Shown: positions 1 to 7,907, counted from the stretch's first letter. The stretch: 15,775 bases of DNA from Alteromonadaceae bacterium (GCA_002746115.1 NVXL01000106.1:1-15775), one strand, 5' to 3'. Notes: generated by a model from the sequence alone, not told the origin. A program made the numbers and translations.

Positions 1-1046
1 GAGGCCCGGAAACGTCCACACTTAGAATCAAGCTATTATCGAATGGTCAGCACAAAAGTGTTGCCGTTGTGCGTGGCCACGTAAAGCTTAGCTCACAGCG
101 CGCACGGCTTGCGACTTACCCACTAGAGGTAAGCGGCAATAATTATCTCATCGGTGTCGTGTCTGTGCCTGCGTTTTATACCGATAGCCAAGCGGCCGCA
201 CGTGGCGATAAGAACTACCTAAATGTGGCCAAGGATGTTAAGGCACATCTCGTTAAGCTTGAGACTATGGGCGTGGACGGCATTGTCATTGATTTGCGCA
301 ATAACGATGGCGGCAGCCTTAGTTTAGCAAGCAAGTTAACCGACTTATTCATACATCATGGCCCTATTATTCAAATTCGTGGAAGCGACGGTCGAATCTC
401 TCGCCACAACCGCTCACGAAACGACGCCTCCTACCATGGACCACTGGCGGTTTTAATCAATCGTCATAGCGCTGGTAGTAGTGAGATTTTTGCCGCAGCG
501 ATTCAAGATTATCAGCGTGGCTTAATCCTTGGTTCTGCGTCTTATGGCTTAGGAACAGTTCAAACGTATCAACCAATCGGGAAACGTGGCAAAGGCGGCA
601 GCGTGAAATTAACGGTAGGCACTTACTACCGCGTTAATGGTGAGGGAATTCAATTACGAGGCGTGACGCCGGATATTGCCTTCCCTAATATTGATGACCA
701 CACGGTTGGAGAATCATCTTATTCCAATGCTTTGCCGTGGGATAAACGCTTGTCGGTACCACTTAAAGTCTACCCGAGAGATAAACAGCATATAGGTGCT
801 GTAAAAAAACTTCACGAACAACGCGCTGAGCAATCGCCGACGTTTTCACTCGCCACTCAGCTAGCACAATCCTTAAAACAGCGAAACGACGCCATTACTG
901 TTACGCTAAACAAAAATACACGCAAACAGTGGTTGGATGCTAGCGATACCTTAGATAAGGCATTAAAGCAACTCGCTCCCAACAATCAGGATATTTTTTT
1001 AGATGAAGCGATGCGAATATTACTTGATGATATTGTGACAAAATAG
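1..1046 (+). CDS. prc: C-terminal-processing (tail-specific) protease, peptidase S41 family. It is 5'-truncated at the window edge: the frame is open from base 3 and the stop is at 1046.
   Basis: The translation contains S41/Prc hallmarks. These are IVIDLRNNDGGSL, the catalytic Ser/Lys region, and LINRHSAGSSEIFAAAIQDYQRGLILG. The frame stays open back to the first base of the window, so the start codon lies upstream. The Met at 69 given in the ORF track is internal. Confidence 0.85.
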   Translation, partial: GPETSTLRIKLLSNGQHKSVAVVRGHVKLSSQRARLATYPLEVSGNNYLIGVVSVPAFYTDSQAAARGDKNYLNVAKDVKAHLVKLETMGVDGIVIDLRNNDGGSLSLASKLTDLFIHHGPIIQIRGSDGRISRHNRSRNDASYHGPLAVLINRHSAGSSEIFAAAIQDYQRGLILGSASYGLGTVQTYQPIGKRGKGGSVKLTVGTYYRVNGEGIQLRGVTPDIAFPNIDDHTVGESSYSNALPWDKRLSVPLKVYPRDKQHIGAVKKLHEQRAEQSPTFSLATQLAQSLKQRNDAITVTLNKNTRKQWLDASDTLDKALKQLAPNNQDIFLDEAMRILLDDIVTK

Positions 1047-1165
1047 CTTCACCTTATTTTGTCTATAGCCGCGCTATCTTAGTGCCCCAATACGCCCACT
1101 CCGTTGTCATTCGCAAGCAAAGGGATGACTCTCTGGCGTTCAATTTCGAGAGTCTTAACATTTGG

Positions 1166-1648
1166 ATGGATAACGACCTTATGAACATACGTAAAGCAGA
1201 CATCGAAGATATCGATAACATTTCTGTCATATATAGCGCCTGCTTTCCAAAGGAGCAAGATCATAAATTGTGGATTGAAGCGTCATTTAATTCGTTCCCG
1301 CGCGGAGTCTACTACGTGATTGAACACGAAGGTGTGATTTCAGGTTATATTTTATGGTGCGTAAAAAACGGATTCAGAAAGTCCACTATTATTGAGCTAG
1401 AGCAAATAGGCGTTAGCCCAAGATGCAGCGGCAAAGGTCTTGGCCGTAAGCTCATAGATCAATCATTTAACTTGTTTAAAGAACACGTCGTGAACCTTGG
1501 CTATAAAGTCGGCGCGGTTATGGTGACGACATCTGAGGGGAATTATGCTGAAAACCTGTATAAGTCTACTTTAAATGTAACAAGAGCTGCTACGTTAACA
1601 GGGTATGGCTCAGGTAACGAAATCATATTATACAAGCATTCAATATAG
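1166..1648 (+). CDS. GNAT-family N-acetyltransferase
   Basis: Acetyl-CoA binding motif A (Q/R-x-x-G-x-G/A) appears as IGVSPRCSGKGLGRKLI. Size from the ATG at 1166 (or 1181) is 155-160 aa, typical for GNAT. The GTG at 1082 proposed by the ORF track would add a leader that does not look like GNAT. Start choice is uncertain. Confidence 0.75.
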   Translation: MDNDLMNIRKADIEDIDNISVIYSACFPKEQDHKLWIEASFNSFPRGVYYVIEHEGVISGYILWCVKNGFRKSTIIELEQIGVSPRCSGKGLGRKLIDQSFNLFKEHVVNLGYKVGAVMVTTSEGNYAENLYKSTLNVTRAATLTGYGSGNEIILYKHSI

Positions 1649-1666
1649 ACAAATATTGCACCTTTA

Positions 1667-1693
1667 GAGGTGATTAAATATCCCTCTCACCTC
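1667..1693. terminator. Possible hairpin between two convergent genes (GAGGTGA-13 nt-TCACCTC). There is no strong U-tract.
   Basis: A 7-bp inverted repeat is read directly in the 65-nt gap between the GNAT stop (1648) and the cyclase stop (1714). The flanks are only weakly T-rich, so intrinsic-terminator function is uncertain. Confidence 0.3.
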
Positions 1694-1713
1694 CTCTCGT
1701 TATTAAAGCTACC

Positions 1714-3045
1714 TTACTCTCCTGGGCGCCGAATTACCTCGGCAGATTTAGGCAGCTCATTACTCCCAACAACACAATTTCGACCATTATCTTTCGCTTT
1801 GTAAACAGCGGAATCTGCTAGTTTAAATAGATCTTCAAATTTTGGCTTCACCTTGGCAACAGATTGAATACTAGTGACGCCGAAACTTGCGGTTATTGTC
1901 AGCCCTTCGGGCTCCAAGATCTCGACACTTTTTCTAATTTCTTCTGCTTTTGATAAGCCACATACGTAGTCACAATGAGAAAGCAACACCACGAATTCCT
2001 CTCCCCCAAACCTAGCAACAACATCTTCATCACGGCAACATTTCAATATCGCATTCGCCACTGCTGTCAGCACCTTATCACCCACTGCGTGACCGTAAGT
2101 ATCATTCACCAATTTGAATTTATCAATATCTACCACAAGTAAACAAGAATCATATTTATGTCGAATCGATTCACTTATTTTTTCTGGGATACTCCTAAAT
2201 AGATAGTTCCGATTATATAATCCCGTAAGTTGATCTAACATAGCAAGAGATTCAAGCTCTTTTCGCTGCACTTCTACTTGATTTTTCAGTTGTTGGTTCA
2301 ATACTAAGTTGGTAACCCTAGCAACAAGCTCTTCACATAATGCGGGTTTAGCAATAAAATCATTTGCGCCTTCACTCAAAAGCTCGACCTTTCTTACTTC
2401 GTCATAACTAGAGGACATCGCAATGAACGGAATTTGGCTTTTACTACCAGCTAAACTTCTTATTTTGAGAAGCAGGCGCAAGCCGCTCATCTTCCCTTTT
2501 AGTAATATGTCACTCAGCACTAGATCAAACGTTTTTTCCTCAAACGCCGTTAAAGCATCTTCCGCGCAATCAAACGTATCAACAGTGAATCCGCTGTCTG
2601 TTAAGTAATCTTCAACTAATATTGCTTCAAATTCGCTGTCTTCGATATATAGAATGTTGCCGTGAACCTTTTTCTTATTATTTATATACATTACTTTATT
2701 TTTCAAGAACTCAAAAAATTCACCGGGTTTATTCTTTTGGAAGACCTCGGTTATTCCTTTTCCTAAAAATTCTGCGTAGGCATCGTGATCGTCATTAGAT
2801 GTTAAAAGGTAGACAGGTGAATGGCTTGTGGCGGTTAATTGCCGTAAATATTTAATAAGATTTTTGGCCGTGCCATCCTCTAATTCAGACCCCATAACGA
2901 CAAAATCAACATCAGAGATATTCTCAACGATAAACTTGGCGCGTTTAATGCTGGCCGCCTGCTTAATGCAAACACCTAAGGGTGACAAAATACTGGAGAT
3001 AACAGCATTCATTGATCGTGATGGCTCGATTACTAAAACATTCAT
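1714..3045 (-). CDS. Response-regulator diguanylate cyclase with REC-REC-GGDEF architecture (PleD-like)
   Basis: REC1 runs from residues 1 to about 120. It lacks the N-terminal acidic pair and has Gly where the phospho-acceptor Asp is expected (DFVVMGSELEDG), so it is probably a degenerate pseudo-receiver. REC2 has a canonical acceptor context (FDLVLSDILL). The C-terminal GGDEF domain has an intact GGEEF active site (RFGGEEFVV). An RxxD inhibitory-site motif (RDED) sits 5 residues upstream of it. Confidence 0.9.
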   Translation of the reverse strand: MNVLVIEPSRSMNAVISSILSPLGVCIKQAASIKRAKFIVENISDVDFVVMGSELEDGTAKNLIKYLRQLTATSHSPVYLLTSNDDHDAYAEFLGKGITEVFQKNKPGEFFEFLKNKVMYINNKKKVHGNILYIEDSEFEAILVEDYLTDSGFTVDTFDCAEDALTAFEEKTFDLVLSDILLKGKMSGLRLLLKIRSLAGSKSQIPFIAMSSSYDEVRKVELLSEGANDFIAKPALCEELVARVTNLVLNQQLKNQVEVQRKELESLAMLDQLTGLYNRNYLFRSIPEKISESIRHKYDSCLLVVDIDKFKLVNDTYGHAVGDKVLTAVANAILKCCRDEDVVARFGGEEFVVLLSHCDYVCGLSKAEEIRKSVEILEPEGLTITASFGVTSIQSVAKVKPKFEDLFKLADSAVYKAKDNGRNCVVGSNELPKSAEVIRRPGE

Positions 3046-3424
3046 ACAAAACCTAGATGAATTTGTGTATAAGAAAGATGCTGATCAATCCAGCTGCGTC
3101 TTCAGCTGATTCAAGAACCTCATTGAGGTCATCGTACGTTCTGCTTAATTAACCCCAGGGGCGTGCCTTACCTAAGTGTAGAAGAAAACAAACAAAAAAC
3201 ATTACATATAATTACGAGCATTGGAAATGGCACCACAAACATCATTCGACCCCAGATACGATTACCATTACGCATCTAACCATACCCCACTTACGACGAC
3301 TTACAAGAGAACACCAACGCTTACCATATAATTGGTCATCGTCCAAAGTATCTTACTTGTAAACCCAAGCCAGCGCCCCGATGATATATTCAATAAGACT
3401 CATAAATATATCAGGAACGATACT
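3046..3424. promoter_or_regulatory. Divergent intergenic region expected to hold promoters for the cyclase gene (leftwards) and the ybjQ-like operon (rightwards)
   Basis: This is 379 nt of non-coding, CA/AT-rich sequence between divergent start codons. AGGAAC lies 7 nt before the ATG at 3425. I could not pin down convincing -35/-10 hexamers. Confidence 0.3.
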
Positions 3425-3748
3425 ATGCTCATCACCAATACAGAAGAAATCCCAGGCAAAAACATCACTACTTGCCTAGGCATCGTGTCAGGCAGTACCG
3501 TACGCGCTAAGCATGCGGGTAAAGATATTATGGCCGGATTCAAAAACCTTGTTGGTGGCGAATTAACCGCCTATACCGAGCTACTCGGTGAAGCACGTGA
3601 CCAAGCGATGGAACGGCTTAAAGATCAAGCCACGCAAATCGGCGCCAACGCCATTGTGAATATACGCTTTTCCACCTCCTCGGTAGCCGCTGGCGCATCA
3701 GAGATCTACATCTACGGCACAGCCGTTATCATTGAAGACGCCCAATAA
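3425..3748 (+). CDS. YbjQ/UPF0145 (DUF74, putative heavy-metal-binding fold) family protein, cytoplasmic
   Basis: The 107-aa product aligns by eye along its full length with E. coli YbjQ. Shared features are the glycine-rich FKNLVGGELTAYTELL segment and the C-terminal IYGTAV. The start is set at the ATG with an AGGAAC Shine-Dalgarno sequence, not at the TTG at 3332 proposed by the ORF track. Confidence 0.8.
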   Translation: MLITNTEEIPGKNITTCLGIVSGSTVRAKHAGKDIMAGFKNLVGGELTAYTELLGEARDQAMERLKDQATQIGANAIVNIRFSTSSVAAGASEIYIYGTAVIIEDAQ

Positions 3749-3771
3749 CCTCGCCTTAGGGAGTTACACTG

Positions 3772-4248
3772 ATGTTCGATATTGCTGTATTTCTTAGCCT
3801 TATTAGCCTTGGCTACTTCGTAGGCCGCTACCTAGAGAAACGCCACTACCATTCGATTAATACCCGCGAGCAGGCTCTGATCAAGGTAATCACCACCAAT
3901 ACCAAGCGCCCTTTGGGCACACTCGGCAAAGTCAATAAAGTGGAACTAGTCACCGGTAATGCCGTTATCTCAGTCGATTACTTTAAACGCGTCGCCGCGG
4001 GTCTACGCAAGCTCTTTGGCGGTAATTTAACCACCTATGAGACCTTAGTTGATCGCGCCCGACGCGAAGCCATTCTGCGCTTAAAAGAATCCTGCCAAGG
4101 CGCGACGCAAATTATCAACCTACGAATAGAAACCTCCTCGATCAGTCAAGGTAAGAGCAATCAGATTGGCTCAGTTGAAGTGCTCGCCTACGCCACCGCA
4201 ATTTATGCCGACGCGCCTCAAGCTGGCAAACAAGCCACAGCCGAATGA
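3772..4248 (+). CDS. Membrane-anchored YbjQ/UPF0145 paralog (N-terminal TM helix plus YbjQ domain)
   Basis: The N-terminus IAVFLSLISLGYFVGRYL is a hydrophobic helix. The following domain repeats the YbjQ pattern (LRKLFGGNLTTYETLVDRARREA...EVLAYATAI). It lies 24 nt after the previous gene. Confidence 0.8.
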   Translation: MFDIAVFLSLISLGYFVGRYLEKRHYHSINTREQALIKVITTNTKRPLGTLGKVNKVELVTGNAVISVDYFKRVAAGLRKLFGGNLTTYETLVDRARREAILRLKESCQGATQIINLRIETSSISQGKSNQIGSVEVLAYATAIYADAPQAGKQATAE

Positions 4249-5057
4249 AATACCAAGCCCGACTGCCCGAGCACAACAGCAACATATCTCATGAGCATCC
4301 GCTAAAAGAGTTCGCGCTCTTGTTAGCGGGGCTGGCCATAATTATGGCCGCCTTATATTGGGCCTTAGGTTTAGCGGTCGACTATGTAGTGCCGATGATC
4401 TCCCCAGAAAAAGAACAGCACTGGTTTAAGACCATGCGTATAGACAAAGGCGCCAGTCATTGGATAAGCCAAGACAATACAATTAGCCCTTACGACAGCC
4501 CAATATTTGAATCACTAAGGTCCTGCGCGAATATAGAAGTACCACTCACACTCTGGCAAGTCGACTCCGACCAGCCCAACGCCGTCGCCTTACCCGGCGG
4601 TGACATTCTTCTTTTTTCAGGGCTATTTGACCACGCGCCCTCAGAGAACGGCCTCGCGTTCATACTCGCTCATGAGCTGGCTCACTTTAAGCATCGGGAT
4701 CACTTACGTAGTATCGGCCGCGGCATCGTACTTATGACGGTGACCGGTTTTATCAGCGGTGACAGTGCCGCACTCGCCAGCCTACTTACACCCGCAGGTT
4801 TAGCCACCCAAGCCCAGTATTCACAAACGCTTGAGAGCGCTGCTGATGCCTTAGCACTTGAAATTTTAAATTGCCATTATGGTCATGTCGGCGGTGCGAC
4901 GGAGTTTTTTGAGAACATGTTAAAAGAACAAGATAGCTCTGCGATAGCAGGTATTGAACAGCTTAATCACTATTTTTCTAGCCACCCAGAGACACAAGCA
5001 CGCATCGATAATATCGAGCAATTACGCCAGCAGCTCGGCTTTGATAAAGGACCTTAA
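4245..5057 (+). CDS. M48-family zinc metallopeptidase (HtpX/BepA-like, short form) with an N-terminal TM helix
   Basis: HEXXH appears as AHELAHFKH. A downstream Glu ligand context (LESAADALALE) is present. The M48-typical NAVALPGGDILLFSGL segment and an N-terminal hydrophobic stretch (FALLLAGLAIIMAALYWALGL) are also present. Its start overlaps the previous stop by 4 nt (ATGA). Confidence 0.85.
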   Translation: MKYQARLPEHNSNISHEHPLKEFALLLAGLAIIMAALYWALGLAVDYVVPMISPEKEQHWFKTMRIDKGASHWISQDNTISPYDSPIFESLRSCANIEVPLTLWQVDSDQPNAVALPGGDILLFSGLFDHAPSENGLAFILAHELAHFKHRDHLRSIGRGIVLMTVTGFISGDSAALASLLTPAGLATQAQYSQTLESAADALALEILNCHYGHVGGATEFFENMLKEQDSSAIAGIEQLNHYFSSHPETQARIDNIEQLRQQLGFDKGP

Positions 5058-5117
5058 TTGGTGCTTTGGACACGACAAAACTCCCGTCCAGAATCGATTT
5101 CCCTGAACGAGAGTTAT

Positions 5118-6275
5118 TTACTTACCAGCACCCGCTGGCACTAAAGTTACCAAGTTATTCAAAATACCATCCAAACCACCGTAGACAGAAATCTTATCGA
5201 TTTTAGTGGTGATCCGCTCCAGTGACTCTAGCTCCTTAAGTCGCAATAGCACCGGGTTGTTCTCCATAATCTTGGCGGTGTTATGTAAAGAGCGCATCGC
5301 TTGCGTTTCCTCTCGGCGTTTAATTAAGTTAGCTTCCGCCTCTTTCTGCGCTTCCACAACTTTATTCAAAATCGCCTTCATATCCCCGGGCAGGATAATA
5401 TCCTTCACACCAACGCTTAACAACTCGATACCAAACTTCGCCAGTTTCTCGCTGACGCCATTGGCAATCGCAGCATTGAGGGTGTTCTTATCCTCAAGCA
5501 ACTCATCCAATTGCTTTGTGCCTACCGCTTCACGCAACCGCAGTTGCAATTCTAGGTACATAAAATTGGCGTAATCTTTTAATTTTAATGCAACCGTTTT
5601 TGGATCAGTAATGTTGTAACTTGCGGATAAGTTAATACGTAAACTCACTCGGTCTTTGGTCAAAATCTCTTGGCCGCTAACATCCATGGTTTGAACGCGT
5701 AGATCCAAGAGTTTAATCGCCACTGAGCGATTGTATTTCCAAAACCCATAGGCGCCAGTGGTGAGCACCTTTTCAAGTTTTCCGTTCACCTGCAATAGAC
5801 CAACGTGCTCGTCGGGGACTTCGACATAATTAATCGCATTAACGACTTGTCGGCTAGCCCCAATTTTAAGGCCTCGCCCTAAAAGGCCAATCATGTCGTC
5901 GCTGATTTGATAATTATCACTGATATCAATCACATCGACTTTGACATCTTCGGTACCCTTCCAAGCGACCAGTAAACTACCGGGCGCCAAGACATCGGTG
6001 ATTTTATTATCGCGATAGATAACACCAAGCTCTTTATCGCTCAGCTCAAAAACATCGACATACTGACTGAATATTTCACGATACTGTTTTAGCAAAAATT
6101 TTAATTTAGGGTGTTCAAAAAACACCTTAGTGATATCGAACTTTTCGACTCTTAGGATTTTACCGAAAGACGCCATCCGGTGTCGTCCGGGGCTTAGCAC
6201 CTTTTGTAGCCGATCCCGATCGAAGAGCAATGCTCGCTCGTTATCAGCAATATCAATGGTTTTAAAAAATAACAT
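5118..6275 (-). CDS. SPFH/band-7 (stomatin/flotillin-like) domain protein with an N-terminal extension of about 190 aa
   Basis: The C-terminal half carries the SPFH signature region (KDIILPGDMKAILNKVVEAQKEAEANLIKRREETQAMRSLHNTAKIM...LRLKELESLERI). A strong Shine-Dalgarno sequence (AAAGGAGGAATT) precedes the ATG. I do not see a clear TM helix. Confidence 0.85.
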   Translation of the reverse strand: MLFFKTIDIADNERALLFDRDRLQKVLSPGRHRMASFGKILRVEKFDITKVFFEHPKLKFLLKQYREIFSQYVDVFELSDKELGVIYRDNKITDVLAPGSLLVAWKGTEDVKVDVIDISDNYQISDDMIGLLGRGLKIGASRQVVNAINYVEVPDEHVGLLQVNGKLEKVLTTGAYGFWKYNRSVAIKLLDLRVQTMDVSGQEILTKDRVSLRINLSASYNITDPKTVALKLKDYANFMYLELQLRLREAVGTKQLDELLEDKNTLNAAIANGVSEKLAKFGIELLSVGVKDIILPGDMKAILNKVVEAQKEAEANLIKRREETQAMRSLHNTAKIMENNPVLLRLKELESLERITTKIDKISVYGGLDGILNNLVTLVPAGAGK

Positions 6276-6600
6276 AATTCCTCCTTTTGCCTAGCAAAAT
6301 AAAATGGCGAGGTTCACCCTTAACAGCAGGGGATTAAAGCTTAGAAAAGCCAAGACTCAATAGCATAGGAATACGCATAATCGTTAAGCACTCAATACAC
6401 CGGCATACGTCCCTGTATACATAGAGAAAGGTGTAGAAACTTAAGCAACTTTACGTCATTCTTACTATTTCATCGTGACAATTCGACCCACTAAAACCGG
6501 CGACTATCTCGGCACTTTGAACCCTTTGCTCCACCAAACTTTTGGTAAAACTTAAAACCCAAAGCCATGAACCTCTATTTGATTTTTCATACAAGAATAA

Positions 6601-6669
6601 ATCTTGTGAGGAGTCGAACCTCTCGGTCTCTCGACCTTTACCGTTGGAGTCGTGGTTAAGACGACATAG
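6601..6669 (-). pseudogene. tRNA-derived relic corresponding to the 3' half of a type-II (long variable arm) tRNA
   Basis: The minus strand reads GTCGT-CTTAACC-ACGAC, an anticodon-arm-like element with U33 and a TAA triplet. It continues with a long-variable-arm-like stem-loop (GGTC-GAGA-GACC) and a T-arm-like GAGG-TTCGACT-CCTC. There is no acceptor 5' strand or D-arm, so it is not a functional tRNA. Confidence 0.35.
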
Positions 6670-6742
6670 CGTTTTTGATGGGAATCGAACCCACTACACA
6701 TAGATCCTTAATCTATTGCTCTACCAAATGAGCTACAAAAAA
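6670..6742 (-). pseudogene. tRNA-like sequence with canonical D-arm and T-arm, an aberrant acceptor stem and an AAG anticodon. Probable pseudo-tRNA.
   Basis: The minus strand reads TTTTTTG-TA-GCTC-ATTTGGTA-GAGC-A-ATAGA-TTAAGGA-TCTAT-GTGTA-GTGGG-TTCGATT-CCCAT-CAAAAAC-G, then CTA instead of CCA. The acceptor stem is all A/T with a 1:72 mismatch, and anticodon AAG is not used by bacterial tRNAs. A tRNA-scanning program could still score it. Confidence 0.45.
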
Positions 6743-6876
6743 CATTGCTAGCTTATTCACGCTTTCGAACAGGTACACAATACGTTAACAACGCTTGCGC
6801 CAGCCTGGCATACAGAACCAGAGCCGCGAGTTCTTGGCGAGGATATAAACTTCTGTATGGAGCTCCGCTCAGCTTG

Positions 6877-7434
6877 CTAAGCAGCACTCCAAATTCTTTT
6901 CCCAGAAAATTGCCTTTCTAGATATTCCATTTGATCTTCCAGCACCTTATGTTGAGCCAGAAACATCGATTCTGAGATATTCGGGCGAAACGGCACCGCT
7001 AGCAATGCCATTCCTGCTTCTTCCGGTGTACGGTCAGCCTTAAAATGATTACAACGGCGGCATGCAGCCACGACATTTTCCCAAGTATCTTTACCGCGCC
7101 TTGATCGCGGCATAACATGGTCACGCGTTAAATTTACATGACCATATTGCTGGCCGCAGTACATGCAACGATAATTATCTCGTCGAAATAACATGCGATT
7201 ATTAAAGCCCATCAATGAGCGGCGGCCTTTAATATCACCCTTAGTCGCAATCACTGGGCTAATATCTAAATGCGAGCGCTCGCCACTGATTCGGTTAAGC
7301 CCACCTCGCATCGTGAAGCCTTTTTCGCCCAACTCCCATAGCACTAGATCTTTGACATACAGTAAGGCCGCATCTTCACGAGACAACCAGGATGTAGGCG
7401 TACCGGCAATATCTAAGCGCAATACTCTGCCCAT
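6877..7434 (-). CDS. HNH-family endonuclease with an N-terminal domain of unknown function (about 100 aa)
   Basis: The HNH ββα-metal motif is present (RDHVMPRSRRGKDTWENVVAACRRCNHFK), with the conserved His...Asn...His spacing and a Cys pair. A strong Shine-Dalgarno sequence (GGGAG) lies 9 nt before the ATG. The gene sits 14 nt downstream of the preceding small gene on the same strand. Confidence 0.85.
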   Translation of the reverse strand: MGRVLRLDIAGTPTSWLSREDAALLYVKDLVLWELGEKGFTMRGGLNRISGERSHLDISPVIATKGDIKGRRSLMGFNNRMLFRRDNYRCMYCGQQYGHVNLTRDHVMPRSRRGKDTWENVVAACRRCNHFKADRTPEEAGMALLAVPFRPNISESMFLAQHKVLEDQMEYLERQFSGKRIWSAA

Positions 7435-7448
7435 GTTAATTACTCCCG

Positions 7449-7760
7449 CTAATGATGGCTTTTATTTAGTTTAATAAAAGTGATGCCATCTGTAGTGCTG
7501 TAGCGTGCCTTCAATAGCTCGATGGCTAGCAAGGCGCGTTTACTGCGATCGTTTTCGATCACGACAACAAACTGTGGCAACAGCTGTTTCTCTCTCGCCC
7601 ACTCTAAAATTGCTGTGCCGCTGTCTCGGCCTTTTAAATAAAAATCTACCGCTAGGATAGAAATACGCTGTTCTTTTAATACTTTTTTAGCGGACTGACT
7701 ATCCGCGCAATAGATATCTGCGTGGTAGCTTCCGCGTTTACTTACAGCAACTCTCATCAC
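7449..7760 (-). CDS. Small receiver-like (truncated CheY/flavodoxin-like) protein lacking the canonical phospho-acceptor pocket
   Basis: The 103-aa product shows alternating beta/alpha propensity. The ISILAVDFYLKGRDSGTAILEWAREK segment resembles the REC beta3-alpha3 region, and FVVVIENDRSKRALLAIELLKARY resembles REC beta4-alpha4. It lacks the N-terminal acidic pair and is too short for a full REC domain. A GGAGGAA Shine-Dalgarno sequence lies 7 nt upstream of a double ATG. The start is 25 nt from the 3' end of tRNA-His. Confidence 0.6.
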   Translation of the reverse strand: MMRVAVSKRGSYHADIYCADSQSAKKVLKEQRISILAVDFYLKGRDSGTAILEWAREKQLLPQFVVVIENDRSKRALLAIELLKARYSTTDGITFIKLNKSHH

Positions 7761-7785
7761 TTGTTCCTCCGTTAAAAAATACTTA

Positions 7786-7860
7786 GGGGTGACCGATGGG
7801 GTTCGAACCCATGTAGTTTCGGATCACAACCGAAGGCATAGCCACTCTGCCACGGCCACC
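7786..7860 (-). tRNA. tRNA-His (anticodon GTG)
   Basis: The minus strand reads G(-1)-GTGGCCG-TG-GCA-GAGTGGCTA-TGC-C-TTCGG-TTGTGAT-CCGAA-ACTAC-ATGGG-TTCGAAC-CCCAT-CGGTCAC-C-CC. The extra 5' G(-1) opposite C73 is the His identity element. The anticodon loop is TTGTGAT. The acceptor stem is 7 bp (one G-U pair). The T-loop is TTCGAAC. The 3' end is encoded as CC then T, so the CCA is incomplete. Confidence 0.85.
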
Positions 7861-7873
7861 CCTAAATGTTCTT

Positions 7874-7895
7874 GAATAGTTCCTGAATAGTTCTT
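7874..7895. repeat. Tandem 11-nt direct repeat (TGAATAGTTCC / TGAATAGTTCT) immediately upstream of tRNA-His
   Basis: Read directly in the sequence. It lies in the 40-nt space between the minus-strand terminator and the 5' end of tRNA-His. Confidence 0.5.
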
Positions 7896-7907
7896 GGGCA
7901 CACAAAA

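Noticed and set aside
1082-1165. GTG start at 1082 for the GNAT gene (ORF track), and TTG start at 3332 for the first YbjQ gene
   Set aside because: The extensions add N-terminal sequence with no counterpart in GNAT or YbjQ family proteins. Internal ATGs at 1166 and 3425 give family-typical lengths, and 3425 has an AGGAAC Shine-Dalgarno sequence.
5058-5117. Convergent terminator between the M48 peptidase and SPFH genes
   Set aside because: Only weak 3-4-bp inverted repeats (GGAC...GTCC, CTC...GAG) with no U-tracts. I cannot support an intrinsic terminator here.
6276-7870. Integrase, recombinase or IS transposase that would mark the tRNA-His-adjacent cassette as a classical integrative island
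   Set aside because: No ORF in or near the region has integrase or transposase motifs. There is no tyrosine-recombinase R-H-R-Y region and no DDE signature in the translations. The tRNA-like relics are not copies of the tRNA-His 3' end. The island interpretation therefore stays a hypothesis, not a call.
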